NCBI GenBank assembly: GCA_043228905.1
Contig: JBHGNT010000010.1
Span: forward strand, 6,820,001 to 6,884,000
From: Azolla caroliniana
Lineage: Eukaryota > Plantae > Polypodiophyta
Reading direction: 5' to 3'
Length of the DNA: 64,000 bases
The notes below the pieces were generated by a model, which saw nothing but the letters and a program-made list of their open reading frames with translations, ran no database searches and was not told where the DNA came from. How positions within the stretch are numbered: the stretch's first letter is position 1; the number at the start of each line of letters is the position of its first letter. The translations under genes were made by a program, and so were the position numbers. Of this stretch, positions 12,980 to 25,607 are shown piece after piece.

Positions 12980-13446
12980 ACTCACTCTCACTCTCTCACT
13001 CTCTCTCTCTCTTTTGATACACACAACACACACTCATCTTCCGCTGCATTACAACCACTCTTGCCTCCTCATTTCTTTATAAAGAAGACAAAGAAGAGAG
13101 AAAAGAAGATAGAAACCTATCCTGAGTGTGATAATCATAGATGATTCCTCAACCTATGAAGGCATCATCACAAATAATTACAATTTGAAGTACAACATCG
13201 TGATACACACTTACACTGAATTATAGAATAAGTGAATGTCGACATCCATAAGTATTTTAGGATGTGAAATGTTCAAATGTCTTAAATGCATTTTAGGATG
13301 TAGAACTATAATGTACATCACAAAATTGTGTAAACATAGATGCTTTTTACAATATTACAAATACTTTTTAGAACGGTAAATAACTTTCAAATTCTAGAAG
13401 CATTTAATGTACTATATGTATAATACGTATTTTATGTATTTAACGT

Positions 13447-14034
13447 TGTCGTGACGATTTTCTGCTACGGTGTGAAACCGAGTGAGACGAATAAACCAAG
13501 GATGTGCAACCTAGTGGCACTTGAGTTCATACAAAGGGGTGCAATCAAGGTTTGAACCTTGTACCTCTAAGATACAAGATGCTTGCCTTACCACTAGGAC
13601 AACTATCATATACTGTGAATTTTATGTATTTCCTTTTCATATACGAATTATAGACGAAAGAACAATAGAAAACCATGTGCACAAAACCATGGTTCTAAAC
13701 CCATGGATTGTGCATGTCATAAGCAAAACCGTGTCCCCAAAACCCATGGTTTTGTGCATCAAGAGAGCTATAAAAACCCTAGTGGAGCTTGTGTAAAGGA
13801 GGGCTCAATATGTGATATCACCAACACCACTATCATCAATATAATTATATTCGTCTTTATCTTCTTCATATTTTTCTACTTCTCAAGTGTACAATCTTTC
13901 TTCTTCTCAAGTGAACAAATTTCATCCAATCTTACATTGATCTTCATCTCTTCGATAATTCCGCGAACGTCCTCCCAAGTCCAAGACCCCGATGGTCGCT
14001 CGAGTAGCACACGCACGCACGAATCTTCGCGACA
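13447..14034 (+). mobile_element. Solo gypsy (Phygy-like) LTR
   Basis: TGTCG...CGCGACA; TSD ACGT/ACAT; homologous to 61430-62091; TATA at ~13768. Confidence 0.9.
13534..13602 (-). promoter_or_regulatory. tRNA-like Pol III module, antisense to its LTR
   Basis: TGTCCTAGTGGTAAGG...AGGTACAAGGTTCAAACC. Confidence 0.7.
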
Positions 14035-14109
14035 ACATATTTTTAAATTGGCAGGTACTATATGCGTATTAATATGTTATATATATATGGTATCCATACC
14101 ATATCTAAT

Positions 14110-14734
14110 TGTAAAAGTTGATATGGGGAAGCTTAGATAAATCGGCTCAGCTGGATAACAACAGTAAAATAGAAATGAAGGTTTAATGGAAGCTTGAGAA
14201 CATACAGTGCGAGGGAGAGACAAAGAGAGCAGAATAGCATAAACTGAAATCAAAATAATAGCACTCTGTACATACAAATGTCCTACAAAGCACTTTTTAT
14301 ACAAGTCCTTAAAAGGACTGACAAAAGTATTGACAAGTACTTCAATGCTCATACGAGGGACTGACACTAACTCCAAGGAATATGCCTGCGTACTAGGCTC
14401 GGACTGTAGGCTCCAACGGCCTACCGGTTCTCATTATTCCGGAGTACGATCTGGTTCTCCGGTCCGGCTCTAGGTTCCGGATACCGATATATTCGGACAC
14501 CTATCCGGTTCTCTGTTCCAGATAATGATCCAGCTCGAGCTTATTCAATCGATCCAGATCCGGTTGAGCTTACCCGCTCAACATGAACGTACCTAACAAC
14601 CTTGTCCACGACCACATGCTTAGCCATATTCGAGATGCCGGAACCGGACATCTATCCGGTTCTCCATTCTGGATACCGATCCGGCTCTAGCTTATTCAGC
14701 CGATCCGAATCCGGTTGAGCTTACCCGCTCAACA
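14110..14734 (-). mobile_element. Solo copia LTR (family of 3955-4373) with a later ~150-bp tandem duplication of its end plus flank
   Basis: Homologous to 3955-4373; flanks CTAAT / CTAAC; ~14494-14640 is repeated at ~14644-14790. Confidence 0.8.
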
Positions 14735-15154
14735 CTAACGTACCTAACAACCTTGTCCACGACCACATGCGTAGCCATATTTGAGATGCCAAGTCGCCTA
14801 AAGAGGCGTCGGAAAATCTTCTTGAGATTCTCCCATGCCTCTTTGGACGTCTTGGCGTCTCGAATGTGGCTAAGCATGTGGTCGTAGAGACATGTTGCCA
14901 AGCAATACATTAGCCAACTCGCTCCTTGCTCCCACGTTGGGTAGTTGATGTTTATAATGTCGGGTTTGTTTTTGAGTGCGCCGTTGATGTAGCTCCAATA
15001 ATCTTGGCCGACTAGGTATTGGTTCATCTTGTACTCCCAAGATGAATAATTGCTCTAGTTTAGCTTTTCACTAGGGAGCGAGCTACCCATTTGTGTGTTC
15101 ATGTTGATGTAGTGTCTTCCTTCTTGGCTTCTCTTTCTTCGGTCACATACACGT

Positions 15155-18100
15155 TGTCGCGTTACTACGCGCGTGCGTGGAGAAACGAGGCGGGACCACC
15201 GGGGTCTTGAACCGAAGGGCAGGTGATAGGAGGGGAAAGAGAAAGAGAGAGACGACCGGTAACGTATGAGCGAAGAAACACAGGGACACAGCCCTGTCAA
15301 TGCAGAACACACGAGTGGACACAGAGACAGAGAGACACGAATGTTTGTATATTAACAAATGACACAAAACAACAGAGCACACGAGCGGTTACAACCGAAC
15401 AAGCCGGCGAACAGATGCCGATGCTTGCTCGTCTGCGCGCGAAAGGGGATAGGATGGAGGTGCTGCCGAAAGCGCACGGGCGTTCCTCGAAGCAACGCGA
15501 GCCTCCCGAAATCCTGCAGAGAAGAGCGATGGAGAATGAACAGAGGAGAAGCGTTCGGTTACGGTCCGACAACACTTCGTCCTCCTCAATGCACGATCCC
15601 TTTCTCCCCGCGTCCCCCTCTCTTTTATAGCTTCAGGAAGGAAGCCGTCTCCCTCATTTTCTTCCTACCTACCGAATCTAACTACCCCGGATATGCCTAT
15701 GTACCTAATTCCCTATTATATACATTAAAGGGGCGCGCACGCGTGAAGAGCTGATTCACGCGCGCTATGCACCGATTGTGCTAAGGGACAGTTTTCTTCA
15801 CGACATCCGCCCCCACCTAACCGCGCATCCACCGGTATGCGCCAAAATTGTGCTCTGGTTGGAGAAAACTGGTCCGAGTTCCGGTTCTTCGTCCATCGTT
15901 TTGTCCTCCGTTTCGGACTGTTCGTTGTCGCTGTCCAGGCCTCTTAGATCCGGTTTGCCGTCGTGGCGCTTTTTGAACGCTTTGATCCGCTTTCCTGCTA
16001 CCGGTATCGCCATCCTCGTACCGTCGAGTTCCGCCGGATGATACGTCCCGTTGTCGTTGGCGCTCGTTACCACGTAAGGCCCGAACCACCGCTTTGCAAA
16101 CTTCCGTGTTGCCCGGTGCTGGTTGTCGAGGCTGTTGTCGTAGACTAGCACCCAATCGCCTTCCTCGATTTTCTTTGGTCGGAGCCGGTGCGTTCGGTCG
16201 AACCGGGCTTTGTTCCTCATCCTCGCCGTCCGAAGTCTCTCCGCCGCTCGTTCCACGTCCTCTGGCCTCCGCTCGAGCTGCCGTATACGCGCCGCTAGCA
16301 GTTCTTCCCGGCTCATCTCGTCTCTCCAGTCCACTGTCGCCCAAGAGGAGATCGTCCGTTCCATCGGCATGATCGGCTTCTGTCCGAACATGAGCTCTGA
16401 CGGCATGAACCCGGTTACCGAACTGTGTGTTGTTCTGTCCGCCCACAAGGCATAAGGTAACAGTCGTGGCCAGTTCCCGACTTGGCCTCCGCATGCCCGG
16501 ACGAACACTTTGACGATCGGTCTGTGGCCGCGCTCCACCTTCCCGTTCGCCTCCGGATTGTACGCTGTGGTGAGCGAGAGCTTGACCCCTAACCGATCGA
16601 ACAACTCCTCGGCCTCTTCGGCGTCCAACTCCCCGCGGTCAGCCACGATCTTCCCGACGCACCCGTACCGGCATACCACGTCCTCGATCAGGAACCGACA
16701 CACGGCCGTGGTCGTTTTGTTCTGCAGGGCTCGGCCTTCCACCTGGTTCATTAGGTCCTCCCGGGCCAGCACCAGATATCGCATCTGCCCTACGCCCATC
16801 GGCATCGTCACCAAATCTACCATCCATTTGAAGTGGACGGCCGGAGGGTATGTAGGGTGAAGCTCGTCCCGATGTCGGACTATGGAGTGTATCTAACAGC
16901 TCTCACAAGTCGTCACGAACCGATGCACGTCCCGGTACAGTCCCGGCGACCAGTACTTCCCCTTTAGTTTCTCGAATGTGGCCCACGTTCCACGGTGTCC
17001 AGCCCAGGGGTTGTCGTGGTAGGCCTTCAGTAACTCCTCCTGTTCCTCCTTCATCGCCACTACTTGGAGCGGGATGCCGTTTCTCTTCTTCGGGTGCTTC
17101 CACAAGTATCCGTCCCGGAGAAAGAATCGGTACGCTTTCTTCCGGATCCGGTTGGCCTCGTCCTTTGTCCATGACGCGTCCGGCGTCATCGTCCTTAAGA
17201 ATCCTCCAATCTGCAGCCACTCTCCATCGTACTTGCTCTCGTTAAAATCGTTAAGCGCTGGAGTGCTCCCCCCCTCGGATGTAACGTAAGCCGCCTTGAA
17301 GAAGTCCACGCCAACTTCCTCGTCCTCCGAAACCATGCCGCCCTCGTCGTCGAATCGCGCCCTCGAAAGCATGTCGGCCATGGCATTGTCTTTCCCTGAA
17401 ATGTGTCGTATTTCCGGATCCAGGGACTTGATGTACGCTATCCATGGTTGCGCATCCGGAAACCATGCCGAGAATCGGCAGGCAGTCCGTCTCGATAATC
17501 ACCTCTGTCCCAATCAGATAGTCTTTATTGGCCTTCACCGCCGAAACGATACCCCAGAGTTCGCGTTTAACTTGGGCGTATCCTCGTTGTCGCTCGCTGA
17601 GGACCTTCGCACCGAACCGGATTGGGAACCGAATGCCATCCTCATCTTCTTGGTTGACAACCCATCCGATCCCGATCGGACTCGTATCTACTGTTATGTA
17701 GACGGGAGTGCCTTTCTCGTAGACAGCCTTCCGGAGTGCCGGAGCTGCAGCAAGAGCCTCCTTCATCTTTCGGACTGACTCTGTATGCTCGTCTCGCCAC
17801 TCGAATTTTTGCCTCTATTTCAGCAACCCATATAGCGGCTCGGCAACGTGGGCATAATGCGGGATCCATATGTGATAGAATGTGCATGCTCCCAAGAACC
17901 TCCGTACCTCCATGACCGAGTTACAGTCGGGCTTCATTGCGGAGATGGCTTCCACCTTAGCCGGAGACGGTTTCCGGCCATACGGTCCGCATAGGTGTCC
18001 GACGACCATGATCTCTGATTGCCCGAAGGCCGACTTCTCCCCGGAGAAGGTGAGCCTTGCGTCCTCTAGCCTCCGCAGCACCCTCTCGCAGTCGTCAATC

Positions 18101-21100
18101 GAATTTCCGGCATCCGTCCGGTCAGATCGTTTCGTCCTTTTCCTCCACCGGACATCCCTTGATCGGGATGTCGTCCAAGAATGGCATGGTGATGCCCGGG
18201 ATACAATCCCTCAGCACCTTGTTCATCGCGTTCACCATGTGGGCCACCGAGTTCGTCCCTCCTTGTGGTAGGGTACACATCCGCACTAGGCCGAGAGGAG
18301 TCCGCATCGTCGTAATGTCTCTGCTCTCTACGACTAGTTGGAACTGATCGTACCTCGAGTACAGATCACCGACCGAGTAGATCGACCTTCCGGCGAAGGC
18401 CTCTGCGAACTCGTCTATCGTTGGTCCGATTCCTGCGTTCCAAATGGTCACTCTGTTGACCGGTTGCAGGTCTTGAATGAAGCGCAACGTCCCGTTCTTC
18501 TTCGGTACATTAAACCACCGGTTCGAGTACGGGGCACTTGACGGTTCGAGGATGCCCATATCGACTTTCTGCCTCAACAGCCCCATCAGCTCCGGGATGT
18601 GAGCTCTCGGTACCGGAATTGGTTTGAGATTCCACGGCACATGCGGTACCGTGAATATCACCATCGGCTTCACGACTGTCGGGTCTACACACCCGATCTC
18701 TCCCGGTGAGAATGCGAAGGCTTTCCCGTGCCTTCCGAGCATTCTCCAAAATCGGTCTTCTTCCGCCGGCAGTAGGAACCCGCCCCCACTGATTTTGAGC
18801 TCCCGTAGCGTTCTGTCAGTGAAGGTGTGTCCTATGCAGGCCGGATCTCGTAAACTGGGGTCCGACGCGACCCCCTTGATTCGCAACTCGCTGCCCTCCG
18901 GTAAGGGTGCCGCGACTGGCCTTACCTTCTGGTCCACAGTCTTGTACTTCGTGTTAACCCGGGCCGTTCGATCCGACTCGAGTCCCCGACTGAAGTCCGC
19001 GATGACTTCGTACATCTCTTCTGAACAAACCGGTATCGTCCGGTCCTCTTTAAGGCCTTCTCCGACCACCTCTCGCAGTATTCCCAAGGTATCGTCGAAG
19101 GAGACCGCCTCCACGGCTCCGTTGATTTCCTCACAGGGCCCAAAAACTCCGCACGCCCGAAGTCGCTCTTCCGCCCTTGTCCTTTCTCGGCCAACGACGC
19201 CGACTATCGTACACCCTCCGTTGTCGGAGAAACAAAACTTCCTACTTACGGTACAAGGTTTCTTCGGTTTCGCCTCTATCGTACATTTGTGGGGTTTTCC
19301 CGGAGTGTCCGGACTGTCGCGGCCCCACGCCTTGACAACCCTCTCTAAAAATCCTCTCGATTCTCGCCACCGAGGGACTCGCGGTTTCGCTCGCGGTTCG
19401 GTCACACCGTCAGGAACTAGACCGAATGACGCTCGTCCTGACTCTTGACCCTCGCGTAAGCAGACCCGTTGTCCAGCACCTTGGTCTCCATCCGCGCTGC
19501 CGTAATGTACGGTTCTCCTAGTATGACCGGGTGCGAGGACGTCTCCTGCACAAAGAAGTGATGGTCTATCTCGACGTCGCCGATCTTGACTCGCACGTTT
19601 GGGCAGGCCCCGTGTAGTTCCTCGGTGGCGCGCGTTGCCGCCCGTATCTTCCACCCGTGCTTGGTGTTGATCGGCCATTTCCTCTTCTTGTAGAAGTCCA
19701 TGGACATCAGGTTTATTTCCGAACCGTGGTCCACCAGCGCCACCACCGGTTCCTGAACATCTCCGATCTTCACCGGGGTTTTTGTGGTCGCTTGGGCCCC
19801 ACCGGCCTTTCCGGTTCTGCCTCCGTCGACAGCCTCTTCCTCTTCACCAAGTCTACGATGGAGTCGTGGAACTCCTTCTTGGCGATTCCGAGCACCTCCC
19901 GCAATGACAGTTCCACCTTGTTGTCGAGGATTCGTTCTTCCAGGACCTTTCGTAGGTCCGTGGTCCTTTCGATCTCCGTGCCCAAACGGTATCCGCCCTT
20001 CTTGTGGTTATCCCGAGCACTGGACTCACTGGCCTCGTTCAGTTTAGGCCCGAATCGGGTTTCGTATCTCTGTGAGGGTCCGGCCCCTCCGGTTTTACCT
20101 ACCCGTTTGTCTTCAACCAGAGCCTCGTAGTTCTGGCAAGCTGCTTCGACGAACCCCGTCTTTTCTTCGACCGGGTCACTCCACCCAGTTACCTCCTGGA
20201 CCCGCTTCTCCGTGCGGTCCGCCTCGTCTTTCTTTAGTCGGGCACCGGCGAGGCCTTCCAGCACCGTCGGCCAGAACCCGGCTTTGCTCTCCTTCCGGGC
20301 CTCACTGCCTCCGACCCGAATGCCGGCTGACGCTGAGTAGTGGATGGTCTCCGCGTGCCGGGCCGCCGCCTCTTCCATTAGCCTTTTCATTCCTCCTCGC
20401 CCGTCGTTTCGGTTCAGGGCCCTCCGGGTATCACTGGCGTGCACCCGACCTTCCCACAGGTACACTACCCGGCTTCTCAAAGCCTCTGCAAAGTCCCCGC
20501 AGTCTTTCCGGATGTGGCCGACCTCGTCGCACCACATGCACCTATTTCCTGCCGAAGGCCGTCGGTCACGAGCCTGTTGTTCCGGCCGATCATACCGACG
20601 ATCGCCTCAATAGCCCTGTCAAGGGCGCCAGTGCCCTCGCACGCGCTCACTATCCGGTCCACGGCCGAAGCCATGGCCTCTGCAAGATCCGACCCCCTCA
20701 TCTTCTGCTCCTCTGCCGCCTTTTTCACGTCGGGTTCACCAAATATGTCGCGTTACTACGCGCGTGCGTGGAGAAACGAGGCGGGACCACCGGGGTCTTG
20801 AACCGAAGGGCAGGTGATAGGAGGGGAAAGAGAAAGAGAGAGACGACTGGTAACGTATGAGCGAAGAAACACAGGGACACGGCCCTGTCAACGCAGAACA
20901 CACGAGTGGACACAGAGACAGAGAGACACGAATGTTTGTATATTAACAAATGACACAAAACAACAGAGCACACGAGCGGTTACAACCGAACAAGCCGGCG
21001 AACAGATGCCGATGCCTGCTCGTCTGCGCGCGAAAGGGGATAGGATGGAGGTGCTGCCGGAAGCGCACGGGCGTTCCTCGAAGCAGCTCGAGCCTCCCGA

Positions 21101-21396
21101 AATCCTGCAGAGAAGAGCGATGGAGAATGAACAGAGGAGAAGCGTTCGGTTACGGTCCGACAACACTTCGTCCTCCTCAATGCGCGATCCCTTTCTCCCC
21201 GCATCCCCCTCTCTTTTATAGCTTCAGGAAGGAAGCCGTCTCCCTCATTTTCTTCCTACCTACCGAATCTAACTACCCTGGATATGCCTATGTACCTAAT
21301 TCCCTATTATATACATTAAAGGGGCGCGCACGCGTGAAGAGCCGGTTCACGCGCGCTATGCACCGATTGCGCTAAGGGACGGTTTTCTTCACGACA
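15155..21396 (-). mobile_element. GC-rich Ty3/gypsy (Phygy-like) element, LTRs 15155-15805 and 20746-21396, capsid region deleted
   Basis: 651-bp LTR pair with ~14 differences by eye; perfect 4-bp TSD ACGT; PBS TGGTGAACCCGACGTGA (20741-20725) complementary to the plant tRNA-Trp 3' end. Confidence 0.97.
15798..20700 (-). pseudogene. gag-pol: gag-pol (partial Gag with CCHC, protease, RT, RNase H, integrase) with frameshifts and stops
   Basis: CMWCDEVGHIRKDC, ALVDHGSEIN, LPQGGTNS...FLDDI, TVDTSPIGIG, VADRGE...NGKVERGH, WFGPY. Confidence 0.95.
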
Positions 21397-23120
21397 ACGT
21401 GCTACGTAGCGACACTATGGTAGCGGATAGTTAGATTTGTTGTCGGCGTCTTGAACACACAATCACGGAGTCGGGTGGGTGTAATGGATGTACTAAACCA
21501 CACGCTCTGATACCATGTTGATAATTTGGCAACATGTGTCCATGACCACATGCTTAACCACATTTGAGACGCCAAGATGCCTAAAGAGGCGTGAGAGAAT
21601 CTCAAGAAGATTTTCGCCGCCAATACGATGACAAGCAAGCTTCAACTCCGGCAAGAGTTGAACAACATACGACAAAAAGATATGTTCGTGTCGAACTACA
21701 CCGCTAATACGACGACAAGCAAGCTTCAACTCTGGCAAGAGTTGAACAACATACGACAAAAGGATATTTTCGTGTCGAACTACACCGTCAAGATCAAGAG
21801 CATTTGCTACTCACTTGGCTCCATCAACATAAACGTTGACTAAGATGAGATGTTCCATGTATGCTTGGGCGGCCTCGAACAACGATTCGACTCGTTAAGG
21901 ATGGCAATCTTGACGAGGGAAAACCCTCCTTCATTCTTTGACCTTCAATCAATGCTATTGGTCGAAGAGAGCCACATCCAAACCAAGACCAAAACATCAA
22001 AAGGACAAATGTCTTCTCATATTCGGATAGTGGCCGAGGACAAGGTTGAGGCGGTAGAAGAGGTCGATTTGAGCCATCTCACAAAGGGAACTCAAACCTT
22101 CGACAAGAAGACAGAAACCATCGAGGAACCTTCGAAAGAAGGGGGAGCTTTCACACCGAACAAGGTCGGCAAATGAGGTCCGTCACTTGCAACTATTGCG
22201 GAAAAATCGGCCACCATGAAGAGGAGTGTCGGAAGAAGAGAAGTGAGTTAGCTTCGACAAGCTGACAACTCACAAACTACGCCACCAACTCCGAATATGA
22301 CGACTACGGTGGACTATTTGTAATGAGGCATAGAGCGAACTCTATGACGGCCTCCGACTCCACAAGCACCTCCAACTTAGAAAATGTGTGATTTGTCGAC
22401 TCCGGTACCTCACATCATATGACGTCACACCAAGAGTCATTTCGTGACTTAAGAATGCCAGATCGACCCGGCTTCATAGAGATGGGAGACAACACCACAC
22501 ATCCCATTCGGTAATGACGGCCAAAACAATTGCATCAAGAATGTCTTTCACGTGCCCACAATAACAAAGAATTTGGTTTCGGTCGGCCAAATCGTGGAGC
22601 AAGGCATGCAAGTTCATTTCAACAACGAAGGATGCTTTATTGACAAAGATGGCCAACTCATAGCTAAAGGACGGAGAGATGGTCGAATGTTCATTCTTGA
22701 TTTGAATAAGGTGAAATCGGCCATGTATGCCAAAGGTCTCAAAACCGAGACAAGCATCAAGTTGTGGCACAAGAGAATTGGCCACATCAACCTTCAACAG
22801 CTTCAAGCAATGCAATCAAAGGGAGTCGTCATCGGACTCTCGGACTTTGAGTTGAAATGAGTCGACCGAGTGTACGAAGCATGCCAACTCGGTAAACAAC
22901 ATTTACTCCCATTCCCGAAGGAGAGCTACGTAAGCAAAGGCCTCCTCGATGTCATACATTCGAATGTATGGGGACTGGCCCAAACATTGACGATCGGTGG
23001 ATGCCGATACTACGTCACCTTCATCGACGATTACTCCCACTACATCTTCCCGATAAAGAAGAAGAGCAAACTGTTCTCCCACTTCCAAAAGCTCAAGGGC
23101 CAAGTCAAAAAAGGAATCGA

Positions 23121-23856
23121 TGTTGTGAGGATTTTAGGCCATGGTGAGAAAACCTGAGTGGGAGGAATAAAACAAGATGTGCAACATTGCACGTGAACTT
23201 AGGAAAATCGTAACATAGGAATAATAGACAAATGTAAGGAGGAAAAGTAAGATGTAAAGGTATAAAGGTGATGTGCACTTTGTAGACTAGAGGGAGGCAC
23301 ATGAAGTATGGGTGTAGGAAGTAGTGGGCATTGAGTACGTCGGTGAGAGGAAAGGGAGTTAAGACCCATCAATCTCACCTCCTAAGATCGAGGTCAAATA
23401 TTCTCCTTTGAAAGAAAGGGGATTTGATCACTCCTTTTTGTAATGTGCCTCACTCCTTATTACTATAAAAGGGAGTGAGGGGTCACTTTTGAGGGGCTTC
23501 CACTTTTGGGTTTCGTTGGATTTCCATTAGGGTTTCGGAATTTTGCGTTTTAGGATCTCGTTTTAGGGGTTTCATTCGTCTTCGTCTTCTTCTTCTTCTT
23601 TTCCCCTATCCGGTTAGGGTTTCATCTAGAGGGTTTACATTCGGCCTACACGGCCACGATTGTAATTGGTGTGGGGTTTTCCATAATGTATCTTGTCTTG
23701 TTTAGATCTTATTCTCTTGAATCTTAATCTCTCGCATCTTAATCTTTCTCTTCCTTCTCGGTTGAACTCCCAAGCTTCTCTCCCTCCTCTTATTCCCTAG
23801 TCCAAGACCCCCATGGTCCCGTCTTGTCCGACACACACGCGCGGATTTCCGCGACA
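23121..23856 (+). mobile_element. Solo gypsy (Phygy-like) LTR in copia integrase
   Basis: TGTTG...CGCGACA; U5 motif CCAAGACCCC.TGGTCCCG; TATA ~23464; flanks TCGA/ACGG; host reading resumes GRHIRCLRSDGG. Confidence 0.88.
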
Positions 23857-24524
23857 ACGGTCGGCACATTCGATGCCTACGATCGGATGGAGGTTGGGAG
23901 TACTTCTCCAACGAATTCATCTCCTACCTCCAAGGTGAAGGCATTTGGAGAGAATTCTCATGCTGACACACACCCCAAAAAAATGGAGTAGCAGAAAGGA
24001 AGAATCAACATATACTCGAGGTTGCACGTGCCATGATGCATAAGAAGGCGTACCCATCATGCGGACACCTGGAGTAAAGAAGGTGTTCACATCGACAAGA
24101 GAAAAACTCTGGCACTCATCATGAGAGAAGAACCTCATCATTTGGTTCGATTACAACGAGTATGTGGCCCATCATTATGCCTTCTAATGAAGGTAGCGGC
24201 CGAACAAGAGCCCGATGTCGTGTGAATCTTCACACACTATGTAAAAAAATAATAATGAAATAATTATTATAGATTAGATTAGTAGCTTACTATAGAAAGA
24301 TGGATATACTCAAGAGCTTCAAAACGTTTTTACTATATACAAAATGGAGAAATACATATCAAGTTATGTGAAAATAAAGTTTGAGAAGATAGGGAAATTA
24401 GAACTATCCCACATAGATAGGAAAGTTAAGGCCCTAGCTATATAAGCACCTTGAGCTCCCTCATTTTTCATTTGTGCTAAGAGCACTTTGGCCACTTTGT
24501 CTTAATGGATGATGGTGGCCAGAT

Positions 24525-24860
24525 TCCCTAAATCCGGAAACCGGCCAGTAAACAAATCCGGAAACCGGTCAGTAAGCAAATCTGGAAACCGGTCTGGTAA
24601 GCAAATTCGGAAACTGGCCGGTATGCAAATCGGAAACCGGCTGGTAAGCAAAACCGGAACTGGAACTAGGAAGCAAACTGGCACTGGAACCGGTCGGCAA
24701 GTAAAATTGGAACCGGCCGGCAAGCAAAACCGGAATCGGAACCGTTCGACAAACAAAACCGGAAACCGACCGGTAAGCAAAACCGAAACTACAACCGGCA
24801 AGCAAAATGGAACCGGCCGGCGAGGGATTCGGCGATCGGGCGGAACCGGCTACCGAATGA
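24525..24860. repeat. CCGG-rich ~23-bp degenerate tandem array in U3 (second copy ~29615-29990)
   Basis: Unit ~AAACCGGCCGGTAAGCAAATCCGG; copy number differs between the two LTRs. Confidence 0.85.
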
Positions 24861-25607
24861 GGTTGGATGTGGACGGACGGAAGATTGGATCATGCAACAA
24901 ACTAAAGTAAAGTGAAGAGAACTAAAGTAAAGGCCATGTGGACGCAAGCAACTAAAGTTGGAGTGCATACAAAAAGTAAAGGACATGTGGACGGTCACAT
25001 GCAACTAAATGAAAAAGCCATGCAACTAAAAATAGATGCAACTAAAAGAAAAAGCTAAGCAACTAAAAGTAGAGGCCATGCAACAAAAAGTGGACATGCA
25101 GATGATCAAGGAAAAACTCCATATAAAATTCCATTTTTTTTCCTACACTCATACTCTCCATATTATCTTAATGTTTTTTCTTTTCTTTGAGAGCTCCGCT
25201 ATCTTATCGAAGCCATATCTCTCAAGTAAAACCCTAATTTCCTTACGGAAGCCCTATCTTACTCATAACCCTAAATTTCCATACGAAAGCTATTCAACTC
25301 ATAAAACCATAATCTCTTATCAAAGCCAAGAACCCTAAATCTCTATGGAATCCATATCTCCTTAAGATAAAACTTTTGTAATCTCAATCTTGAGATTAAT
25401 TGCAATCTTTCTTTCTATTTGTTAATGAAATTTGTTAATCTTTCTCATTTCGGTTAATTCTTAGTACATAAATACACGAATTTGATATCCTCTAGTCAAA
25501 GGCGCCGGGGTCTTGCCTCAACGTTCACGTATCCTCGTCGTATTTTCGCGACATCTTTGGTGAACCCGACGTGAAAGAGGCGGTAGGGAGGATATCAAGT
25601 GCAACAA

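Larger units (their letters stand above)
7190..13081 (+). mobile_element. Ty1/copia element with both LTRs (7190-7508, 12737-13081), decayed
   Basis: LTR pair starting TGTTGAGAGTCG; TSD AAGAA; PBS TGGTATCAGAGC (tRNA-iMet) at 7509; PPT GAAGGGGCG. Confidence 0.97.
14810..21528 (-). mobile_element. Inverted 5' portion (LTR tip, PBS, leader, gag N-term) of a copia element, interrupted by 15155-21396
   Basis: Minus-strand ...TTATCAACA TGGTATCAGAGC at 21505-21525; gag MNTQMGSSLPSEKLN...QYLVGQDYW...ENLKKIF at 15102-14810. Confidence 0.85.

Noticed and set aside
15817-20860. Numerous overlapping/antisense ORFs in the GC-rich element
   Set aside because: Expected from high GC and stop-codon scarcity; no independent motifs.
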